Below, one piece after another: positions 8,946 to 18,643 of a DNA stretch of 64,000 nucleotides. The notes under the pieces are model-generated. The model was not told the origin of the DNA. It did not search any database and saw only the letters and a program-made list of their open reading frames with translations. This DNA is from an uncultured cyanobacterium (GTDB taxonomy: Bacteria > Cyanobacteriota > Cyanobacteriia > Cyanobacteriales > Nostocaceae): assembly GCA_963740315.1 (NCBI GenBank), contig CAVUDP010000002.1:2784001-2848000 (forward strand), given 5' to 3'. The position numbers and the translations under genes were made by a program. Positions within the stretch are counted from its first letter, which is position 1, and each line of letters opens with the position of its first letter.

Positions 8946-11918
8946 ATGTCAATAGATAATGCTGAGAACCTTTTCGGTTCCTCAACATCTTTAGATATTA
9001 CCCAAACGTGGCAAACTATCCAAGATACGTTGAATTTGAATAATACTGACGATTACTACACTTTCACTATTAGCAGTCGCAGTAATTTTAGTCTTGCTTT
9101 AAATGATTTATCAGCTAACGTGGATGTTTTATTACTAGATGATAGCGGTTCAGAAATTGCAGCTTCATCTGCCGATGGTATCAAAAATGAAAATATTAAT
9201 AAGACTTTAGGTATAGGTACATACCATATTCAGGTGCATCAAGTGGATGATGCTATTACCTCTTACAACTTGAAAGTTAAAAACAACTATATACCTCAAT
9301 TTCAATTCGATACAGAGGTAATTGATAGTGGTATTAAGCTTGCAGATACCAAAATTTTTGATGATGATGGCGTAGGTGACATAAAAAAAGTTGATTTTTG
9401 GCTCAAGAAGCAGGGAGGGTATTGGAAAAAATTTGGTACGGTATCTGAATTTAGCAACAATACTGACGGCTCAATTGGTTTCGACTACGAAATCAGCAAT
9501 CTTGAAGAAGGTAAATACTATATATGGGGTAGAGCGACAGATAATTTTGACGCTACAAGTAATGGTTGGGGACAAGCTATTGATGTACTTCAAATTGTTA
9601 ATCCCGAACTTGAGAATGTAGCACCTTCAAACTTAGACTTTACCATCGAGAGTAAGAATGGAGGAATTGAGCTAAGTAATGCAAAAGTATTTGATGCAAA
9701 TGGTGTAGATAACTTAGCAAGAGTTGATTTTCAGCTTAAAGCAGAGGATGGCGAATGGATTGATATTGAAGACGCTCTCAACTTTAGTGAAAACCAGGAT
9801 GGCTCAATTGGGTTTGATTACGGCATCAATAATTTAGCAGCAGGCAATTATGAACTCAGAGCAACAGCTTACGATAAAGCTGGTGCTACGAGTGAAACTT
9901 TAAAAAGTTATTTCCGAGTTAACAACATTAAACCAACAGATTTACGGTTTGAAGTCGAAGTTATTGAACGTGGTTTTCGTCTCACAAATAGCAAAGTATT
10001 TGATGCTAACGGCATAAAGGATCTCAGCAGAGTAGATTTTTGGTTGAAAAAAGAAGGTGGTAATTGGGAAAATATAGAAGATGCGGTTGAATTCCACTAC
10101 AACGAAGATGGTTCGATCGGCTTTGATTACAGCATTGATTCCCTGGAAAAAGGTAATTATATTTTATGGGCTAGAACCCGCGACAATGCAAATAGTTATA
10201 GTAATAGTTGGCAGGAGTCCTTTTCAATCGGTAATGCAGCTCCCAGTCAACTCGACTTTAGTTTCAAGCAAATAAGTGGAGGAATCGAACTCACAAATAC
10301 GAGAATATTTGATGCAGATGGTGTAAAGGATCTAGAAAAAGTTGATTTTCAGATTAAAAAAGAGGGTGGCGAATGGATTGAGATTGAAGACGCTCTCAAC
10401 TTCAGTGAAAACCAGGATGGTTCCATTGGGTTTGATTACAGCATCAACGGTTTAGAACAAGGGGATTATCAACTCAAAGCAATAGCTTCCGATAAAGCTG
10501 GTGAAAGCAGCGAAGCTTTAACAACTTACTTCCAAGTTAAAAATGCTCCACCAACAGATTTCCTATTTGAAATTGAAACTATTGATGATAGCGTGCGCGT
10601 TGTAGATGGCAGAGTATTTGATGCCAACGGTATAGGCAATTTAATTAGAGTTGATTTTTGGTTGCAAAAAGACGATAGAAGTTGGCAAGATATCGCTGAT
10701 GCTGTGGAATTCCGCAGTAATCAAGATGGTACATTCAGCTTTGATTACAGTCTGGATGGAATAGCAGCGGGTGATTACGTATTATGGGCTAGAAGCCGCG
10801 ATAAAGCAGATAGTTACAGTAATGTCTGGCAAAAAGCTTTCCAAATTGTAGATAGATCGCAACCCCAGCAAGATTGGTTCGATCGCAACCTTCAAGATGA
10901 AAGCATACGTAACTTAAGCCGATCGCTATTTTCAGATAATAATTTAGATCGTAACGATGCGATCGCGATTCTCCGCGATGCAAAAGATAACGGTACTGTT
11001 GATGCAACTGAAATTACAGACTTACGTACTTTGGTTGACAATGCTCTGGATTTAGGAATGCCAGATTACGTAAGAGTCTTATCAAGCAAGGTTGTTTACG
11101 GTGACACTGCGAATAAATCGGATAACTTAGAAGCTACAAACAGCAATGTTCAATTAGATAAGTTAATAAATAAGTGGTTTTTAGGAAGCGATCGCCCCGA
11201 AACTTCTCACACCTATAAATATACGCAAGGTTCTCTATTCCAAAATGGAATCAGTCACGATGACATCCGACAAGGCTTTATCAACAACTGCTTCTTCTTA
11301 GCTGGTTTAGCTGCAACTGCCGTACAGTCACCGGAGATTATCGAAAATATGTTCGTAGATAACGCAGATGGTACATTTACCGTCCGTTTCTACAATCGAG
11401 GAGTTGCCGATTACGTAACGGTAGACAGATATTTACCAACCAATAATATAGGTAATTTCGTGTATGCAAACTCAGGCGATAATCATGGAAATGCTAACAA
11501 TGAATTGTGGGTAGCACTCGCAGAAAAAGCTTACGCTCAACTGAATGAATCTGGATGGATTAATCAAGATAATACCAATTCATACAACGGTATTGGTAAT
11601 GCTGGATATTTGAGTGATGCATTCGCACATATTACTGGTGAAAAAGCTGCTTTAGGTCGAATACTCAACTTTGAGAGGGTAATTAATACTTTTAATTCTG
11701 GTGAAGTTGTAGGATTTGGTTCAAAATCTAGTGGAATCCAATCAAATATTGTTGCTGCTCACGCTTACGCTTTGGTAGATTACAATGCTTCGACTCAGAA
11801 ATTCACTTTATTAAATCCTTGGAGTACGGACAATAATGCTTTAAAATCTCGAACTTTAGAATTAAGCTGGGATGAAATTACTAATAATTTTAGTTATTGG
11901 GATTCTACGATTGGCTAA
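8946..11918 (+). CDS. Calpain-like C2 cysteine protease with PPC domain and five Ig-like repeats (ORF track start 8889; ATG 8946 preferred)
   Basis: Catalytic motifs QGFINNCFFLAGL, ELWVALAEKAYAQ, AHAYA, LLNPWS; five repeats with FDxxG..VDF[WQ]. Confidence 0.88.
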   Translation: MSIDNAENLFGSSTSLDITQTWQTIQDTLNLNNTDDYYTFTISSRSNFSLALNDLSANVDVLLLDDSGSEIAASSADGIKNENINKTLGIGTYHIQVHQVDDAITSYNLKVKNNYIPQFQFDTEVIDSGIKLADTKIFDDDGVGDIKKVDFWLKKQGGYWKKFGTVSEFSNNTDGSIGFDYEISNLEEGKYYIWGRATDNFDATSNGWGQAIDVLQIVNPELENVAPSNLDFTIESKNGGIELSNAKVFDANGVDNLARVDFQLKAEDGEWIDIEDALNFSENQDGSIGFDYGINNLAAGNYELRATAYDKAGATSETLKSYFRVNNIKPTDLRFEVEVIERGFRLTNSKVFDANGIKDLSRVDFWLKKEGGNWENIEDAVEFHYNEDGSIGFDYSIDSLEKGNYILWARTRDNANSYSNSWQESFSIGNAAPSQLDFSFKQISGGIELTNTRIFDADGVKDLEKVDFQIKKEGGEWIEIEDALNFSENQDGSIGFDYSINGLEQGDYQLKAIASDKAGESSEALTTYFQVKNAPPTDFLFEIETIDDSVRVVDGRVFDANGIGNLIRVDFWLQKDDRSWQDIADAVEFRSNQDGTFSFDYSLDGIAAGDYVLWARSRDKADSYSNVWQKAFQIVDRSQPQQDWFDRNLQDESIRNLSRSLFSDNNLDRNDAIAILRDAKDNGTVDATEITDLRTLVDNALDLGMPDYVRVLSSKVVYGDTANKSDNLEATNSNVQLDKLINKWFLGSDRPETSHTYKYTQGSLFQNGISHDDIRQGFINNCFFLAGLAATAVQSPEIIENMFVDNADGTFTVRFYNRGVADYVTVDRYLPTNNIGNFVYANSGDNHGNANNELWVALAEKAYAQLNESGWINQDNTNSYNGIGNAGYLSDAFAHITGEKAALGRILNFERVINTFNSGEVVGFGSKSSGIQSNIVAAHAYALVDYNASTQKFTLLNPWSTDNNALKSRTLELSWDEITNNFSYWDSTIG

Positions 11919-12064
11919 TGTGATTTCTACTTAATAAGTAGGGAGTAGGGAGTAGGAAATAGGATACCCATTCTGCAAAGCCGATAAAAAGTTTTGTGGA
12001 ACGGGTATCTGATTTTTTATAAGTATTTTTAATTGTTATATAAATATTACCAGCAATTATCTAT

Positions 12065-12190
12065 TAAGTAAGTCGGCACAAATAAAACCAACTATGTGAG
12101 GGTTGGGTAAATTGGCATCAAAGCCTTGCCCCTACTGCCTACTGCCTATTCCCTTGTTCTGATTAAGATTTGGCTACGCCGATTTACTTA
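12065..12190. mobile_element. MITE-like element
   Basis: Imperfect terminal inverted repeats TAAGTAAGTCGGC ... GCCGATTTACTTA with an internal CCTACTG heptamer tract. Confidence 0.6.
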
Positions 12191-12470
12191 ACAGGAACAA
12201 ATTGATAAAAACAAAAAGCTTAAACTATACTTTTTTATAATTAATTGGAGTTTATATTAAATACTCTCTCATTAACAACTGTTGATTCATCTCAACAAAC
12301 ACTTACAAATAAATAGTGATTGTTAAAAAAATTGCATTTTACAATTTGATTTCATAGTAATTATATTTAATCAGAATATTTTCGCAGCTAAAAGCCTGAA
12401 TTATTTTTCAGACTTTTTATTATTAGTGCTGTCATAAAAATAAAAAATTATCTATTTGAGGTATAAGTTT

Positions 12471-13943
12471 ATGCAAGCAAATTTTAGCGATCGCAATTTT
12501 TCAGAAAGTCAAAATATCACTCCTATCGCCTTGATAGATGAGTTAAATTACGATCTCAAACAAAATAATCTCAGTCTTTTAAATCGTAGTAGTTACTCTC
12601 TTACAGATGATTTAACTGTTAATACCGCCCAAGAATCTGTAATACCTACTTTGGATAACTCCAATGTCACGATTGTAGATAGCAAAATCCAATTAACTTC
12701 CCATAGTGCAAATAACGATACAAATGTTTATGCTTCAGATAATGAACAATATAGTTCTAGAAATGGCTATGGTTTAGCAAATGCAGCAGAAGCGGTAGCA
12801 AAAGTTATTGGAGAAGACACTTTTGAGGATGTTCCCGATAAAGGAGGGAAGGAATGGGGGGCTGATGCTGTAAATGCACCAGAAGCATGGGCAAAAGGAT
12901 ATACGGGTGAAGGCGTGGTAGTTGCGGTGTTGGATACTGGTGTTGACTACAATCATGAGGATTTGAAAAACAATATTTGGACGAATAGCGGCGAAATTGC
13001 GAATAACGGTAGAGATGATGATGGCAATGGTTATGTAGATGATTTCTATGGCTGGAACTTTGACGGTGATAATAACAACACCATAGACGTAGACGGACAC
13101 GGTACCCACGTTTCCGGTACGATCGCCGGAGAAAATAATGGTTTTGGGGTAACTGGTATTGCTTACGATGCTCAAATAATGCCGGTGAAAGTTTTAGATG
13201 ATTTTGGCTCTGGCTTTAACACTGCGGTTGCCGATGGTATTTACTACGCTGTAGATAATGGAGCGGATGTAATTAACCTTTCATTAGGCGGTTCTTTTCC
13301 TAGCCCAGCCGTAGAAGAAGCAGTAAAATACGCCAGCGATCGAGGAATTACCGTGGTGATGGCAGCGGGAAATAGTGGCGGCGAGATGCCTCTTTATCCA
13401 GCTAGCTATGCAGATCGATATGGAATTGCTGTGGGAGCTATAGATGAGGATAAAAATTTGGCTAATTTTTCCAACCGTGCGGGTTCCGATCCTTTGACAT
13501 ACGTTACCGCTCCAGGAGTCGATATTTACTCTACACTTCCAGATAATAAGTATGAATCTTATAGCGGTACATCTATGGCAACTCCACATATTGCAGGGGT
13601 GGTAGCTCTAATGTTAAGTGCCAATCCTAACTTTGATAGTAAGCTGATACGACAGACTCTTGAGGAGACATCGAGCAATAATACTCAAGATACGCCTTTA
13701 ATACCGGATTTTGGCGATTATTTTCCCGGTTTAAGTTTAAGTAAAGGTTTTGAGTCTAATTTCGATCGTGAATATATCACACCAACTAGTACAAGCTTTG
13801 ATTTCAATACTATTGACAAGTCTGCAAATGTATTTTTTGAGTCGCAATTTATTAGCGATCGGCATATAAGAAATCGGGATAACCCTATGTTCAATATTGA
13901 TATTGACATTGAAAGTATGCTTGAAGGTGATTTACTTGGATGA
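12471..13943 (+). CDS. S8 family serine peptidase (ORF track start 12456)
   Basis: VAVLDTGVD, GHGTHVSGTIA, SGTSMATPHIAG. Confidence 0.93.
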   Translation: MQANFSDRNFSESQNITPIALIDELNYDLKQNNLSLLNRSSYSLTDDLTVNTAQESVIPTLDNSNVTIVDSKIQLTSHSANNDTNVYASDNEQYSSRNGYGLANAAEAVAKVIGEDTFEDVPDKGGKEWGADAVNAPEAWAKGYTGEGVVVAVLDTGVDYNHEDLKNNIWTNSGEIANNGRDDDGNGYVDDFYGWNFDGDNNNTIDVDGHGTHVSGTIAGENNGFGVTGIAYDAQIMPVKVLDDFGSGFNTAVADGIYYAVDNGADVINLSLGGSFPSPAVEEAVKYASDRGITVVMAAGNSGGEMPLYPASYADRYGIAVGAIDEDKNLANFSNRAGSDPLTYVTAPGVDIYSTLPDNKYESYSGTSMATPHIAGVVALMLSANPNFDSKLIRQTLEETSSNNTQDTPLIPDFGDYFPGLSLSKGFESNFDREYITPTSTSFDFNTIDKSANVFFESQFISDRHIRNRDNPMFNIDIDIESMLEGDLLG

Positions 13944-14128
13944 TAGAGATTTAGTTAAAGGGAATAAGGAACAAAGGAATTTAGACCTTAACCCCTTTCT
14001 TTTGACGCTGGAAACTTAAAAGTTATTCCGATTAAATCAACCTCTTTTAAAAAAAACATTAATAAAAATAGCTGTATTTTTTTACTTTTTAAGACAATAG
14101 GTAGTGTCAAACTAAAGCTTGTATAAAT

Positions 14129-14249
14129 CTGACATATTGAAGCAATTTCAACAAGTCCAAATATTCCCGGTTTCTTGCTGAATGAACAACGAGATATTCA
14201 TGTTTCTACGAAAATATTCCGGGTTTCTGGCACTGGTGTAAGATGTCAG
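14129..14249. mobile_element. Degenerate MITE-like element (CTGACATC...GATGTCAG family; relative at about 42243-42308)
   Basis: Ends TCTGACATATTG and GGTGTAAGATGTCAGA; second copy CTGACATCCTGCACC...GGTGCAAGATATGA. Confidence 0.45.
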
Positions 14250-14480
14250 ATAAATTTTAAAAAGTTATATTATTATTTTGATAAGCTACAGTTGATTGCA
14301 AGCATTAATACTGAGTTTTATTTTGAGCTATATGCTATATAGAGCGTACCGAATGAGCAACAGCACAAAGGAATAAATTAAACTCATACTAGTAGGGTAT
14401 TAAGTTAAACAAGCATTTGCTATAAGAATCGGCTACGCTAAATAATTACTACTAAAAAACTTTTCCCCAAAACGCCGCAC

Positions 14481-15473
14481 ATGAATCTACGCTTAGTTGA
14501 GGTTTATCTACCAGAAGAAAAAGGTAAACTATTTGAGGAGTTAGTCGCCGAATATTCTTATGCAGGAATTTGGCAAAAAAAATTAGAAAATAATCAACTA
14601 GAGTTTAAAATATTGCTTTCTTCTGGGGAAGTAGAACCGCTAGTTGATTGTTTAGTTAAGCAGTTTACTCAGGTAGAAGACTTTCGTTTGTTGCTGCTAC
14701 CAGTAGAAGCTTCTTTACCTCGACTTGAATCGTCTGAGAATTCAACTGGTTTACCAGAGGCACCAAGTCGGATTAACCGCGAAGAAATTTACACTAATGT
14801 AGCGTCAAGCGTTCATTTCTCATGGACGCAGATTTCTTTATTATTGCTATCTTCTAGTATTGCTGGTGTTGGTTTGGTACGGGGTAGTGAAGTGGTGATA
14901 ATTGGTGCAATGGTAATCGCACCATTACTGAAACCAAATATGGCATTAGCGGTAGCCATTACCTTGGGAGATTCATCTTTAGCCTTAAAAACTGTAAAAG
15001 TTGGAATAATCGGAATTTTGGTACCGATCGCTTTTTCGATTTTAATCGGTTTGGTGTCTCCTATCAGTCCAGACTTACCAGAAATAGCTATCCGAACCAA
15101 ACTAACTTTACCTGATATTGTTGTTGCTCTTGCTTCGGGTGCTGCTGCGGCTATTTCCTTGACTGCTGGTGAAATTAGTTCGATCGTGGGAGTAATGGTG
15201 TCAGTTGCTTTACTACCACCTTTAGTCACCTGGGGAATGCTGATGGGTTCCGGTGAATGGGAACCCGCATTAGGTGCAATGCTGCTAGTTACAGCCAATA
15301 TTGCCAGCTTAAACCTAGCGGCGATCGCGACTCTTGTACTTCAAGATGTACGCCCAAATGGTTGGCTAAAAAACATCCAAGCAAAAAAGCTGACTCAAAT
15401 AGCAAGTGGTGCTTGGATAGTGCTTCTAGCAGGGTTGATAGGTGTAATTTTTTTCAAGTTTAGAGGAGCTTGA
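14481..15473 (+). CDS. TIGR00341/DUF389 family membrane protein
   Basis: Motifs VIIGAMVIAPLL, VGVMVSVALLPPL; multiple TM segments. Confidence 0.85.
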   Translation: MNLRLVEVYLPEEKGKLFEELVAEYSYAGIWQKKLENNQLEFKILLSSGEVEPLVDCLVKQFTQVEDFRLLLLPVEASLPRLESSENSTGLPEAPSRINREEIYTNVASSVHFSWTQISLLLLSSSIAGVGLVRGSEVVIIGAMVIAPLLKPNMALAVAITLGDSSLALKTVKVGIIGILVPIAFSILIGLVSPISPDLPEIAIRTKLTLPDIVVALASGAAAAISLTAGEISSIVGVMVSVALLPPLVTWGMLMGSGEWEPALGAMLLVTANIASLNLAAIATLVLQDVRPNGWLKNIQAKKLTQIASGAWIVLLAGLIGVIFFKFRGA

Positions 15474-15508
15474 CAGTTCACTGCTCACTGTTAACTGTTA
15501 ACTGACAA

Positions 15509-17005
15509 CTATCTGACAGAAAATGCTTCGTTAAACCGTCGCGTAACTGGTTCAACCAAGAATGTTAAAACTGACTTTTTACGAGTCACAATTTCGGCAT
15601 TTGCAACCATTCCGGGTGTAAATCCTACTTTTTCACCACGCACGACTACGGTGTTTTTATTTAACTTGATTGTGGTAGGGAATACCAATCCTAATTTCTC
15701 ATCTACTACCGCATTAGGGCTGACACGCACTACCTCGCCGCTAATGGCACCAAATTCCTGGAAAGGAAAAGTTGCTAATTTAACTTTTGCTTTCATTCCC
15801 TTACTAATAAAACCAATATCGCGGTTGATGACTTTAACTTCTAATAATAATTCTTCTCCTTGAGGTACGATTGAAAGCAACTGTTCTCCTGATTGTACGG
15901 GACCTTTTGTTGCTTTGACATCGTAAACTACTCCCGAAACGGGAGCTTTAATAGTTTCTAATTGTTGTTGTTTTTGAGCTTGCTCTAATTGACCTGTAAT
16001 ATTTGTCAATTCTTCTTTACGCTTGTTGATTTGAGTCAAAATTTCACTTTGACGCTCCGAAGCTAGGCGCTGCGCTTGACTGCTGGCTGCTTCAAATACT
16101 GCTTGTGCTTGGCTAATTTCTTGTTGTTGCGCGGCTAAATCTTTCTCTAAAGATGTAACTTTGTCTTGAGATTCAGTTATTTTATTTTGAGCGTTGACTA
16201 TTTGATCCGCAGCCCTAGTTATTTCAGCATTAGCGCGATTGACTCTATCTTGTGCGTCTAAATAATCGAGTCGCGGTACTGCACCTTGATTGGTTAATCC
16301 GCGTAAACTTTTCTCCCTTTTTTTCGCTAAAGCCACACTACTGTCAACTTGATCGCTAAGTTTTTGAGCATTTTTCTCATTTGTCCTAGCATTTTTTAAA
16401 CTAGTTCTGGCATTAACAAGGTTTTCTTGCAAACGAGTTAAACGTACTTTTGCTTGTTCTACACTCGCTTTTTGACGATTCGCTTCCGCTTCCGCAGCAG
16501 CTTGGCGTGCTTGATAATCTTGCAAACGAGACGCTAAAAGTTCATCTTGCAATTTACTACCTGCTTTTTTACCACCAATACGTTCGGCATCCAAGCGGCG
16601 CAAATCTTCCCGAATCAAATTAGCACTTTTCGCCAAACGAGCAACATCTGCTTGCTGCAAATCCGGATCGCGTTGAATTAATACTTCGCCTTTGTTAACT
16701 GTATCGCCTTCCTTGACATTCACCGCCACAATTGAGCCATTACCCAAAGATGTTACAGGTCTTACCTGTGTCGAAGCAATGATTTTTCCCGGCGCAGTTG
16801 CCACTTCATCTATTTTCGAGAAATGCGCCCAACTAATTGAACCAAACACGATCGCGGTAATAGTTCCCGCTAACAACCTAGTATAAAGCGGCGGTAAATC
16901 TTGTACGGCTTTACCCAACTCATAAGATAATTGTTCGTCAGGCTTAGCAAACTCTTGTTTTGTTCTACGTGCTTGAGATGCATTAGCAGCTAAAGAATAC
17001 TTCAT
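15509..17005 (-). CDS. HlyD family type I secretion membrane-fusion protein
   Basis: N-terminal TM, long coiled coil, IKAPVSGVV, KLATFPFQEFG, PGMVANAEIVTRKKSVLTFL. Confidence 0.93.
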   Translation of the reverse strand: MKYSLAANASQARRTKQEFAKPDEQLSYELGKAVQDLPPLYTRLLAGTITAIVFGSISWAHFSKIDEVATAPGKIIASTQVRPVTSLGNGSIVAVNVKEGDTVNKGEVLIQRDPDLQQADVARLAKSANLIREDLRRLDAERIGGKKAGSKLQDELLASRLQDYQARQAAAEAEANRQKASVEQAKVRLTRLQENLVNARTSLKNARTNEKNAQKLSDQVDSSVALAKKREKSLRGLTNQGAVPRLDYLDAQDRVNRANAEITRAADQIVNAQNKITESQDKVTSLEKDLAAQQQEISQAQAVFEAASSQAQRLASERQSEILTQINKRKEELTNITGQLEQAQKQQQLETIKAPVSGVVYDVKATKGPVQSGEQLLSIVPQGEELLLEVKVINRDIGFISKGMKAKVKLATFPFQEFGAISGEVVRVSPNAVVDEKLGLVFPTTIKLNKNTVVVRGEKVGFTPGMVANAEIVTRKKSVLTFLVEPVTRRFNEAFSVR

Positions 17006-17293
17006 AATAAATAATTTTAGATTTTGAGAAAAAAGTCAAAGGTAATAAGTAAGAGATAAGAGGGGGAGAGGGGGTAGAGGGGGTAGAGGGGGTAGAAATA
17101 AAAATTCCTAACTCTTAACAATTAGCAACTAACAACTATCAACTAACAACTAACCACTATCAACTAACATCTTAAAAAACTATAAGGGCGTTCTAATTTA
17201 AAACCAAAAATATCTTCTAAGGTTTTGACTTCTTCTGTTGTACAGAACAATCCATTTTCTAGCAAAGTACGGAAAATACCATTATCTTTTCGG

Positions 17294-17471
17294 ATTGGGG
17301 ATTGGAGATTGGAGATTGGGGATTGGGAATTGGGGATTGGGGATTGGGGATTGGGAATTGGGGATTGGGGATTGGGGATTGGGAATTGGGAATTGGGGAT
17401 TGGGAATTGGGATTGGGGATGGGGGATTGGGGATGGGGGATTGGGGATTGGGGATTGGGAATTGGGGATTA
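17294..17471. repeat. Heptamer STRR tract (GGGGATT/GGGAATT)n
   Basis: About 25 imperfect 7-mers. Similar tracts at 17680-17760, 43675-43815, 52665-52790, 54165-54220. Confidence 0.95.
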
Positions 17472-17761
17472 GGAAACTACTAGCGAGCAAGATGCTCGCA
17501 CTACAAATAGAAAAATAACTCTTAACTCCTTTCCTTACTCCTAAGCTGATGTGCAGCTAAATTGATTAGCATAGAAACGCCCCTATTAGTGTAGTGCTGC
17601 CTTCGTAGCGTGTCCGCCAGGACATGCATCTTGCTCGCTTGCGATATACAAATTAAATAAGCGACAGCTTAACTTATTCTCCCCATCCCCTTGTCCCCCT
17701 ATCCCCCCATCTCCCCATCTCCCCATCCCCCCATCCCCCCATCCCCTCATCCCCTCATCTC

Positions 17762-18544
17762 TTAAAACTCCACAATTACCGGGGTATGATCGCTGGGTTG
17801 AGTTAATTTTCTGGGTTCGATGTCTATGGTGCAGCTTTTTGCACGTTCGTATAAGTCGGGTGTGAGATAATGATGATCGATGCGCCAGCCACGGTTACGA
17901 TTAAATGAAGCGGCTCGATAATCCCACCAACTGTAATGTCCGGTTTCTTGCGTGAATTTACGAAATGCATCGGTGAATCCTAAGCTTAAGATATATCGTA
18001 GAGCTTGCCGTTCCGCAACGGAAGACATGATATGATTTTTTGGTTTGGTATTTTCATGAATGTCTTTATCTTCTAAAGCAATATTGAAGTCTCCGCACAT
18101 ACATATATCGGGTGTGGATTGCTGCTGCTTTTGCAAATAATCTCTTAGTATTTTCAACCACTGCAATTTATATTCATACTTTTCGCTACCTATTGAAGAA
18201 CCGTTAGGTACGTAAAGATTTATGATTCTAATGCCATCAATTACACCCGAAATTATTCGCTTTTGATCGTCCCATTTTGAATCTACATCTGACAAAATTG
18301 ATGTGAAACCAACTGAAACATTTTCTAAAGGTTGACGACTGACTATGGCAACACCGTTGTATGATTTTTGCCCGGAAGTATAGAGATGATAGCCTAATTC
18401 TTTAAAAGGTTCTTGGGGAAAAAGTTCATCTACAACTTTAGTTTCTTGCAAACAAAGTACATCAACACCGCTTTCTTTTAACCAATTAATAGCGTGTTCC
18501 AAACGAGTTCTAATTGAGTTGACATTCCAAGTAGCGATTTTCAT
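17762..18544 (-). CDS. xth: Exodeoxyribonuclease III
   Basis: MKIATWNVNSIRTR, LQETK, GDFNIA, GWRIDH, SDHTPV. Confidence 0.96.
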   Translation of the reverse strand: MKIATWNVNSIRTRLEHAINWLKESGVDVLCLQETKVVDELFPQEPFKELGYHLYTSGQKSYNGVAIVSRQPLENVSVGFTSILSDVDSKWDDQKRIISGVIDGIRIINLYVPNGSSIGSEKYEYKLQWLKILRDYLQKQQQSTPDICMCGDFNIALEDKDIHENTKPKNHIMSSVAERQALRYILSLGFTDAFRKFTQETGHYSWWDYRAASFNRNRGWRIDHHYLTPDLYERAKSCTIDIEPRKLTQPSDHTPVIVEF

Positions 18545-18643
18545 ATTTAACAGTGAACAGTTAGCAGTGAACAGTTATCAGTTATGAATTTAAAACTATT
18601 TAAAAATATCTCCAATGCCCAATGCCCAATGCCCAATTACCTA

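Noticed and set aside
17164..17518. Three overlapping ORFs rich in GIGDW or PIPN
   Set aside because: They are translations of a heptamer STRR tract, not credible proteins.
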